Shown: positions 56,642 to 64,000 of the stretch, piece after piece | Position numbering within the stretch: the first letter of the stretch is position 1 | Layout: every line of letters starts with the position of its first letter | NCBI GenBank assembly: GCA_963848305.1 | Contig: CAWKDC010000001.1 | Span: 864,001 to 928,000 of the forward strand | Length of the DNA stretch: 64,000 nucleotides | Source: an uncultured Gammaproteobacteria bacterium | GTDB lineage: Bacteria > Pseudomonadota > Gammaproteobacteria > JABCZS01 | Reading direction: 5' to 3' | The notes under the pieces: model-generated | Databases searched by the model: none | What the model was told of the DNA's origin: nothing | Seen by the model: only the letters and a program-made list of their open reading frames with translations | Position numbers and translations under genes: made by a program

Positions 56642-57748
56642 TTAGAGCCCTTTCACCTGTAAAGTCGTGCTTCGTCCCTGATCAGACACTAGAACCAAGG
56701 GTGTCGGTGACAATTGATACACTTTGGTGCCATCTGGACTGGACATGGTGGCTTGCCAACCCGGAGATAACATCGTCAAGGAAGTACGCAATAACATATG
56801 ATGTCCGTATAACCACGCTTGCGCATGCCCGCCCACCACTTCCAGCATTTTAGCATCAGAAGGGGCAACACCGTCTAATAAATTCATGAGCACAGGATTA
56901 CTGTTGCTCGGCATCGTGCCCGCAATCATAGAGCCTGTGGCTTTAGGACCGCGACCTTGTACACGGAAATCCAAGCGATAATCCACCACGCGTTGATCAC
57001 TCACCAAAGTAATCATGATTGGTGTGGGTAAATCACGTAACGTAACAGCCATATTCCCCGTGGCATAAGCGACCATGCCCCTGCATCATCATCACGTTGC
57101 TTTCTTGATCCCATTGGATATTGAAACGGGTGGGATCGCCGATGCTATACGACGCAATCGGCCAAGGTGAACCGGTTTGATCAATAAACACGATGGACGT
57201 TACATACCCCAATCCCAGTCGCACGACGGGAGGCACACTGCCGGGCGACAACATCACATTTTGTGTGGACACCACAGGACGCGGCGGTGTTGTTGGCGTT
57301 GTCGCAATCGCCCTTTGTGTTTGATCTTGAATGCCGCGCAATGCTTGAATTTGCTCGGGTGTCATGGGAAACATTTTTCCAGTCATGTTTTGAAAAGCGG
57401 GATCTTTCAACGTGCCCAACACCGTCGGATCAATTAACTGTGATGGCGCAGGCGCCAAAGTGGCTGCAGCGCCGCTGTTGCCCGCTGAAGCGCCCGGAGA
57501 TTGGCCCAGCGTTAATGCAGGCGCAGAAGATGCGGGAGGAGGCACTTGTGCTGTGATGGCCACAGGCGCTGACGTGGATGTCTCAGGTGTTGAAACAGCG
57601 GGCGCTGGTGCAGGGGCAGCAACGGCAGGTGCAGGGGCTGGACCAGATTAAATATTGACGGCATGGCTGATCCTTCATCCGCACAAGCGCCCATACTTGC
57701 CACAGCAAGCATGCCCATGCAGATGATTCCCTTCAAGACTGTCTCCAT
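56642..57748 (-). CDS. icmK: T4BSS IcmK/DotH, frameshifts near 57645 and 57075
   Basis: PMTPEQI, LSPGSVPPVVRLG.GYVTS..F.D.TG.PWPI, GNMAV.L..L.TP and VDYRLD.RV.G.GP motifs. Confidence 0.9.
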
Positions 57749-57764
57749 ATCGTCTCACCCCAAC

Positions 57765-58448
57765 TTACCGTTCTTCTACCCGATCTTGAACCACGAACTG
57801 CGCAATCGCAATACCTTCTGGGTATTGTGTCGTTGGCACACGGGCCACTAAAATGGTGACCAGCACTGGTTGCCTTAATTCTTCACTGGCTGAAGTATAC
57901 TTCACCAACATGGGGATTTGAATTTTCCAAGCGTAACGGCCTTGGATCAACCCTTGTTGGATAATACGAGGCACATCGGTCACCGTGGCTTGAACGACCA
58001 AGCGTTTCGCCACCACTGTGTCTAAGTTGCCCGACGATTTTAAAGCATCTAAAAAGTTCTTGAAGCCCGTTGCCGTGAAATATTGCTGTACGCTGTTCAA
58101 ATCATTTTGCCAATCGACGAAATTGAAGGAATACGCAGAAACAGCCGCCCGCGTTGCCCAAACCAGCAACGTTTCTTGCGCAATTAACGGTTCTGTGAGG
58201 GGTTGAATTTCAATCAGTGAGCCATTGGTTTGGGTTGCAAAATACACAGGCGCAGGCTTTGTGAGGAATTGGATGATGACCAGCGCGAGCAAAGCGATGT
58301 TGACTATCAAAGAGATCAGCAAAGCGGTCATGCTTTTGCGGTAACCGTCCCGATAGAAATAATTACGGAAGCGAACCAATTCAAGCCCACTTACTTTCTG
58401 TTGTTCGGATTGTGCTTTAGCACCTGCAACCGGTTCCTTGTCAGCCAT
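57765..58448 (-). CDS. icmL: T4BSS IcmL/DotI
   Basis: RNYFYRDGYR, TM, PVYFAT, YFTATG..F..AL..SGNL and WKIQIP motifs. Confidence 0.93.
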   Translation of the reverse strand: MADKEPVAGAKAQSEQQKVSGLELVRFRNYFYRDGYRKSMTALLISLIVNIALLALVIIQFLTKPAPVYFATQTNGSLIEIQPLTEPLIAQETLLVWATRAAVSAYSFNFVDWQNDLNSVQQYFTATGFKNFLDALKSSGNLDTVVAKRLVVQATVTDVPRIIQQGLIQGRYAWKIQIPMLVKYTSASEELRQPVLVTILVARVPTTQYPEGIAIAQFVVQDRVEER

Positions 58449-58487
58449 GTCGATCGATCCTCTGATGTCAATTTTTGAGGGCGCGTA

Positions 58488-58539
58488 TAAAATCCCCCCG
58501 ATTCGCTTCACGAATCTGCCCCCTTTTTCAAAGGGGGCG
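58488..58539. repeat. REP-like element, copy 2 (inverted relative to 45341-45390)
   Basis: Minus strand CGCCCCCTTTGAAAAAGGGGGCA-GATTCGTGAAGCGAATC-GGGGGGATTTTA. Confidence 0.65.
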
Positions 58540-58557
58540 TAACCCTACAAGCATAGC

Positions 58558-58833
58558 TTAAACTCTGGCACGGTACCACCAAGGACGAGAGACCTTGTGC
58601 CGCCCAGCAAATATGCCTCGAAACAGCCGCAAGAATACCGTGACGGTAAAGCCGTAACGTTCCAGCACCATGAAAAAGGCGACGCCAATGACCGCCACCG
58701 CCAACGTCCACAAACGCGGCAGAAATATCAAGATCAGCAAAGGGAACAATGCCCGATAATCCACAATGAAAAACCGTACAGGGCGAGAGGAATCTCGCCA
58801 GTGCGCAGTAGGGCTTGGGACGATCGGGGGCAT
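58558..58833 (-). CDS. icmT: T4BSS IcmT
   Basis: AHWRDSSRPVRFFIVD.RA.FPLL...LERYGFT...F.R. Confidence 0.93.
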   Translation of the reverse strand: MPPIVPSPTAHWRDSSRPVRFFIVDYRALFPLLILIFLPRLWTLAVAVIGVAFFMVLERYGFTVTVFLRLFRGIFAGRHKVSRPWWYRARV

Positions 58834-58842
58834 ACGAAATCC

Positions 58843-59193
58843 TTAAGTCTTTGGTTTAGAGGCATCAGTGGAGGGCTGTGCTGTTTGATTTAATCTCTCA
58901 GCTGCCTTTTGGCGCAAATCATCTGGTGGTGGTACAGAATGGCTCTTCACAAATTGTGCGCCTGAAGGCATCACGGTACCCGATACCCTCGAATTTTCTT
59001 CTGCAGCTTTCACTGACATCAAAAATTCTTTGCCCTTCTTGGCGTTCGCAATCATCGCAGGCGTCAAAATATTATTTGGGTCCAGCGCTAAGATGACCGT
59101 GGCCACATCAATCGGCACAGCCACAACATTCAGGTTTTCAGGCCTGTGCATGATGTCATCAATCACAGCGTTCATCACTTTATTATTTCTCAT
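58843..59193 (-). CDS. Hypothetical protein between dotB and icmT
   Basis: 116 aa with an AGGAAGGA RBS, co-oriented and tightly packed in the operon. Confidence 0.65.
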   Translation of the reverse strand: MRNNKVMNAVIDDIMHRPENLNVVAVPIDVATVILALDPNNILTPAMIANAKKGKEFLMSVKAAEENSRVSGTVMPSGAQFVKSHSVPPPDDLRQKAAERLNQTAQPSTDASKPKT

Positions 59194-59213
59194 ATTGTCC
59201 TTCCTATTCACTT

Positions 59214-60224
59214 CTACTCAAATTCACTTTGTAACAACTCTGCACGTACTTCATCGGTAAACACCAACCATTCGCGCAACGGCACACGTCCGCCGTCTCG
59301 GGTTGGGATGAGCCGTTGCCAAACAACAGCACGGATCAATTCGATTAAATCCACGCCACGGCCATAGCGCTCTTCGGCGGGAAATGCGGCAATCATGCGG
59401 CGCAATGTATCGGCAACGCCATTCGCATGCACGGTGGTATACACCACGTGGCCTGTGAGGGCAGCGTCGATCACGGCAGCGATCGTTTCTTTGTCGCGGG
59501 CTTCACCCACCAAAATATACGTGGGCTTGCGGCGCAGCGCATTGCGCACAGCCGATGGAAAATCTGGCAAGTTGGCGGGGATTTCATGCTGAGCGATTGA
59601 TGAGTGCACTTGTTCGACGTTATCATACACAAACTCAATCGGAGATTCATACGTTAACACTTTGCCTGTGTAATTTTCTAATACTTCTCGCATGATAGAA
59701 GCGAGCAAGGTGGATTTACCTGAACCAGTGGCCCCTGCAACGATCACAATGCCTTGATCGGGGATCATGGCTTCAGCAAGAGGTTCGGGCAAGCCCATGT
59801 CTTTCAAATGAGGGGGATCGATTGGAATACTGCGCAAGGTGATTTGAATGCCTTCAACACCTTCCACATGACAACCGGTGGCATTCACGCGGAAACGGTA
59901 ACGTTCTGTGCGGGAAGGTTTGATTTCATAATGTGTGTCTAGATCACGACCGCTTAAAATTTGTGCGGTACCGTTGGCGCCGTAAATTTTGTTGAGGAGT
60001 TCGGCCACTTCTGTGTTCGATAATTTATGTTGCGTGATGCGGTAAATGCGGCCATGCACATCAGCGATGACTTTATCGTTGGTTTGCAAGGTAATATCTG
60101 ACACATGGTTACGTACGCAGAACAACAGGAGTTCATCCAAATCGAGAGACGAGAAACGGCTGGGCTCCTTGGGATAGAGCAACTCCTTTTCTTGCAACTG
60201 GCCATGTATTTCACTGGCTTTCAT
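59214..60224 (-). CDS. dotB: T4BSS ATPase DotB (PilT-like)
   Basis: SDITLQT, RYRFRVNAT, GATGSGKST, TYESPIE, ALRRKP..ILVGEARD and TGH..YTTVH motifs. Confidence 0.95.
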   Translation of the reverse strand: MKASEIHGQLQEKELLYPKEPSRFSSLDLDELLLFCVRNHVSDITLQTNDKVIADVHGRIYRITQHKLSNTEVAELLNKIYGANGTAQILSGRDLDTHYEIKPSRTERYRFRVNATGCHVEGVEGIQITLRSIPIDPPHLKDMGLPEPLAEAMIPDQGIVIVAGATGSGKSTLLASIMREVLENYTGKVLTYESPIEFVYDNVEQVHSSIAQHEIPANLPDFPSAVRNALRRKPTYILVGEARDKETIAAVIDAALTGHVVYTTVHANGVADTLRRMIAAFPAEERYGRGVDLIELIRAVVWQRLIPTRDGGRVPLREWLVFTDEVRAELLQSEFE

Positions 60225-60277
60225 GATATCTACCTCTGTTATAACGTCTGGGGACAACCCCCGCCCTTGCAGGGCAT

Positions 60278-60300
60278 GGGCGGGAATACCCGCCCCTACA
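60278..60300. repeat. GTAG-type REP-like palindrome
   Basis: Minus strand TGTAGGGGCGGGTATTCCCGCCC. Confidence 0.6.
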
Positions 60301-60302
60301 CA

Positions 60303-61164
60303 TCAATTCGCATCGTTGACAGTGGGTGTCCATGCATCACTGTTCGGCTTGAGTGAAGGCAGTGCTTTGATCGTTAAGATCCGATCATTCACTGACAAGG
60401 ATTCACCCCCGCCGGTCACGCCCAAATCCCGTTGAGCCACTTGTGGCGCACTCACCATATTTTGCGCCAACAACATACGATACCTCACCATTCCTTGATA
60501 ATCTCGCTTCAAACGTGCAAGGTTATCTTCATAAATCTGGTTCGCTAATGCCAAACCGCTGTCCCATCCTTCTATCACGCTCGCTTGCCATACTTTCTTT
60601 TCTTGATCGGTTGATGGCAACAGCGACACATCTGGCGGTGCAGGCCGCGTTTCGTCCATGACTAAGTATTCATGCCACGTGGGCGCCAGCGTCACAAACT
60701 TGGCCTGCTTGATAATGCGGTACGTCCTGTCGGCTACTCGAATATTTTGCCCGTCTGACATACTCATGTCGTTCCGGCTTTCAAGCATAACCGGGGGCAA
60801 CACCCCGCCGTCCATTATCATCGCGTGAAAGTTGAAAACATTATCGAGATGGTCTTCTTGCATAGCGACCATTTCATTAATCTCTTGACCTCTCACGGCC
60901 AATGCCGTCCTCGCACTGATGCTCATGGCGGTATCCCTGATCGCCTGCATCCTAATATGGTTCGTCTTCCCCTTAGACTTTGTCAGGCCTTCCTGGCGAG
61001 AAAGGACTTGTAAGTCCTTGAATTCTTGAGGACCGATCTTTGACGTGCACCTCTACCTCATTCAAGGCTAAAGGGTTGGGGGCGCGAACGGAGCCACAAC
61101 CTGCCAAGGAGAGAATCACGCATATTCCTATGATTAAGTTTGGCACATAATTCATTTTTTGCAC
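60303..61164 (-). CDS. dotC: T4BSS lipoprotein DotC, frameshift near 61033
   Basis: Lipobox LAGC; IRMQAIRDTA, VLPPVMLE, YRIIKQAKFV..PTW..YL and RL.RDY.GM motifs. Confidence 0.9.
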
Positions 61165-61313
61165 GTTCCTCTATTGAGCTTACTGTAACCCGGGTGGTAT
61201 GTGACCTACCAACAAACAAGATTTTCCTGTTACACCCCCCCATTACAAGGCATGAGCGCAAAGGCGTATACCCCCGAAAGCGGAGCCGCCCCTACAGGCG
61301 GGTAGTTACAAAT

Positions 61314-61769
61314 TTACAAATAATGCAATTCAATGACGCCCGATGTTGGAAATACAACCACGTTCGCACGCCCGTTGGCTTGACCGCGTATATCCTGCAA
61401 TAACTCGTAGGCCATCGTATCCTGTCGATCCAGTGTCACCAACACAGGAATGGCGGGCTCGTGCCCCAATACTTTTAAACGCATTTGGCTCGCTTGAGCG
61501 ATCTGTTTCAACACAGGTTCAACGGGCCCCGACCAATCAATCGTGATCAAACGTGTCAACACAAGTGGCGGCGCAGTGTCTTCCTCCCGCACCAATTTGT
61601 TTTGAACGTTCTTCACATTCGCCAAATCATTCAGTGCACGACTGACCGACGTTGCAGCCTCGGCCGTGTCCACCATCGCGGGATCAGAGCGCTGCGCTTG
61701 CATCGCAGGATCTTGCGCGCATCCGAACAGCAAAAACAAAGTAATTAAACCAACCATTTTATTAAACAT
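61314..61769 (-). CDS. dotD: T4BSS lipoprotein DotD
   Basis: Lipobox LFGC; AEAATSVS, IDWSGPVE, LG..PAIPVLV and IELHY motifs. Confidence 0.92.
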   Translation of the reverse strand: MFNKMVGLITLFLLFGCAQDPAMQAQRSDPAMVDTAEAATSVSRALNDLANVKNVQNKLVREEDTAPPLVLTRLITIDWSGPVEPVLKQIAQASQMRLKVLGHEPAIPVLVTLDRQDTMAYELLQDIRGQANGRANVVVFPTSGVIELHYL

Positions 61770-61868
61770 AATGCCCCACCATCAATTCACCTAATGTGCT
61801 TAGTATAACTCAGGGTTTCATATTTGTTATGCTAAGATGAGAGGTATAACTGATGGAAGACTGAAAGC

Positions 61869-62210
61869 ATGGTCGATTTTGGCAAAACACTGGGACTCGT
61901 GGCCCGTGAAATGAAAATTGGGTTTACCCTTCACGACAAAACTGTCGCCGTAGACAGCGTGTTCTCAGAAACAGGGTTGCTACCCGCCTTTATCCGCCGA
62001 GCTGATCGTCTTTGCAATTTTTGTATGGGGTATGGGTTGGGCGTCACATTTGACCCTTCCGAGAATGCACAATTGGGCATCAAAGCAGTCTTCAACAATG
62101 ACGTCCCCAATGTGCTGCGCTTGATGTGCGCCGTTGAAATTTTATATGAACTGGCAGAAGCCGCACGTAACAGAACCAGCATCCCGCTGGACGATTTAAT
62201 GTACGATTGA
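61869..62210 (+). CDS. icmS: T4BSS adaptor IcmS
   Basis: VFSETGLLPA..RRAD.LC..C.GYGLG.T, PNVLRL and C-terminal LD.LMYD. Confidence 0.95.
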   Translation: MVDFGKTLGLVAREMKIGFTLHDKTVAVDSVFSETGLLPAFIRRADRLCNFCMGYGLGVTFDPSENAQLGIKAVFNNDVPNVLRLMCAVEILYELAEAARNRTSIPLDDLMYD

Positions 62211-62223
62211 TCAGGGACAAGGT

Positions 62224-63344
62224 ATGGCAGGGCAGCAGCAACAAGGGCAAGGTCAAGAAAATTCGATGGATCTCCTCTGGGGAGTCGTGTTTTTGGTCGC
62301 TGTTGGTTTGGTACTCTGGTATTTCGCCCGTGTGCCCATTTTAAAATTCATGTTCAATGTCAAGCTTGCTGAAATTTATGCGATGAGTTTTTTCACAGAT
62401 TCACTCATCCCGGCAAGAAAAGCCATTTTGCAATATTACAATGACCCCAGCGTGCTCGCCTTTCAACAAGTGCAAGAAATTTTCTCCTACATTGGCAATG
62501 TCGCCCGTTACCCAATTGCCGCGATTTTAGGGATTTTGTCCCTGGTCGTCTTTTTCAAACACCCTTTACTGACGTTCAAAACGGTGTACACCATGGAAAA
62601 ATTGCGCAAATCTGAAAAAGACATTTGGCCGCAAATCAATCCTACCCTGAACCTTGACCTGGTCAACACCGATATCTTTGAAGGTGCCTGGGCCATGTCT
62701 GATAATCCCATGGAATTTGCCAAAAAATATCGCTTGATTGAAGAATTGCCCGTACCGATCGACCCATTCCTTGCCAAACGTGGATTGATCGAAATTCAAA
62801 TCATTCCTGATCGCGCCCGTGCCGTGTTCATCAAACAAATGGGGCCGGTGCTGGATGATCTGAACCAACTTCCCATCCACACCAAAGCTCTCTTTGCCAT
62901 TTTTGCTGCACATGCCGTGAATGATTTGAAAGGCGCCAATGAGTTGAAACTTAATATTGCACGTTCCAGCGCCAACGGAAAGCCGGATTTCAAAGGTGCC
63001 CAAGCATTGCTCAAAAAACATTACAACACGAAACCCATCGCCAAAATTTTCAGTCAACATGCGTATGTATATACGATGATGATCTCGATGCTAGAGTATG
63101 CTCGCACAAATGGTGTATTAGCCACAGCAGATTTTTTATGGCTCAAACCGATTGATCGCCCCCTGTGGTACATTTTAAATTCAACTGGACGTCACACTCC
63201 TTTTTGTGAAGTCGGGGTCCATTCGCTCACTGGAAAGCTGAAAAGGCTATGAAACGCAAGGTGGTACGCCCCATGGTGGATCAAGCCATTAAGGCGCTCA
63301 ACGAGGCCGTTAAAATTATTATTTACACGCGAGATGAAGACTGA
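62224..63344 (+). CDS. icmP: T4BSS IcmP/DotM, frameshift near 63216
   Basis: MAGQQQQ start, WPQI.P, WAM...P.EFA, HAYV.T, FLWLKP.DR.LWY.LN..GR; one added G restores EVGGPFAHWKAE, ending at TGA 63344. Confidence 0.92.
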
Positions 63345-64000
63345 TGGCCAAAGGGATTCGAGGATTAGAAGAACGACACGAACAGCGGCAGCAACAGCTG
63401 ATCCGTGACACGCGTCCTTTATTTTCGCGGTTTCTTGATTATTTGAAGGATCCCAACTCTGCGATCGTCATGATGTTTGCGACCGCCGCCGCGACATTTT
63501 TTTTACCGTCAGTGAATGACATCATTTTATTGATCGGCATTCTTTTCTTCACTATTTGCATGACCGGCCATCGTTCACTCCCATTTCGCATGCCCGAACA
63601 TTCGAATATGATGGATGACAACGATCCCGCCCCTGGCTCTAAGAAAGCACGTAAAGCCCGGGGCATTTGTTTTTTCGGCAATGAACAACACACCGGTCTT
63701 GAATTGTGGTTTAACAATGAAGACATGCGGACACACTGTCTTATTTTCGGCTCCACCGGCTCGGGTAAAACACAAACACTGCTGTCACTCTCTTATAACG
63801 CGTTGATACAAGGCAGCGGATTTATTTATGTCGATGGTAAGGGCGATAACAGTTTATTTGCCCAAGTATTTTCCATGGCCCGATTCATGGGCCGTGAAGA
63901 TGATTTATTGCTCATCAATTTCATGACAGGCGCACGGGACATCATGGGTCCTCAAAAAACACGTTTATCAAATACAATGAATCCTTTTTCTGTGGGATCA
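63344..64000 (+). CDS. icmO: T4BSS coupling protein IcmO/DotL, 5' part (runs off the window edge)
   Basis: Manual translation MAKGIRGLEERHEQ...RDTRP, LPFRMP, ELWF..EDMRTH.LIFGSTGSGKT and YVDGKGD. Confidence 0.95.
   Translation, partial: MAKGIRGLEERHEQRQQQLIRDTRPLFSRFLDYLKDPNSAIVMMFATAAATFFLPSVNDIILLIGILFFTICMTGHRSLPFRMPEHSNMMDDNDPAPGSKKARKARGICFFGNEQHTGLELWFNNEDMRTHCLIFGSTGSGKTQTLLSLSYNALIQGSGFIYVDGKGDNSLFAQVFSMARFMGREDDLLLINFMTGARDIMGPQKTRLSNTMNPFSVGS

Noticed and set aside
58508-58711. Alternative small ORFs around icmT
   Set aside because: They overlap the clearly conserved icmT frame and a repeat element
46716-64000. Conjugative IncI-type element instead of Dot/Icm
   Set aside because: icmS, the icmN-like gene and close Legionella-type motifs are present, no relaxase or integrase is seen, and the locus abuts core genes

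Overview
Chromosomal window from a gammaproteobacterium that looks Legionellales-like (Legionella/Coxiella/Berkiella-type), judged from its Dot/Icm genes and gene order. Left to right it holds: partial secE, tRNA-Trp, tuf, tRNA-Thr/Gly/Tyr; a vapBC pair; dacA-dat-lipB-lipA; kdpFABC-kdpD with no kdpE and a His-to-Gln change in the KdpD phospho-acceptor box; orn and an alpha/beta hydrolase; a cassette of one small outer-membrane beta-barrel plus three paralogous secreted Cys-rich Ig-like/beta-propeller proteins; lemA-htpX; two paralogous orphan membrane proteins; bioBFCD, comF, recG, an AI-2E transporter, dusA, psd; a second barrel plus secreted Cys-rich propeller cassette; GST/rhodanese/MAPEG; an Rpn (YhgA-like) gene with a likely internal antitoxin start and a collapsed hipA; hfq-hflKC-purA; and about 17 kb of a rearranged Dot/Icm type IVB secretion locus (dotDCB-orf-icmTLKEGCDJB-lipoprotein-icmN, with divergent icmS-icmP-icmO) that runs off the right end. 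About 15 genes carry single-base frameshifts. Most fall at GGNCC sites, so they are probably long-read errors at a methylated motif rather than gene decay. Best leads: the recurring barrel plus Cys-rich cargo cassettes, the histidine-less orphan KdpD, and an atypical DotG repeat. All protein identities come from motif recognition; no database searches were run.
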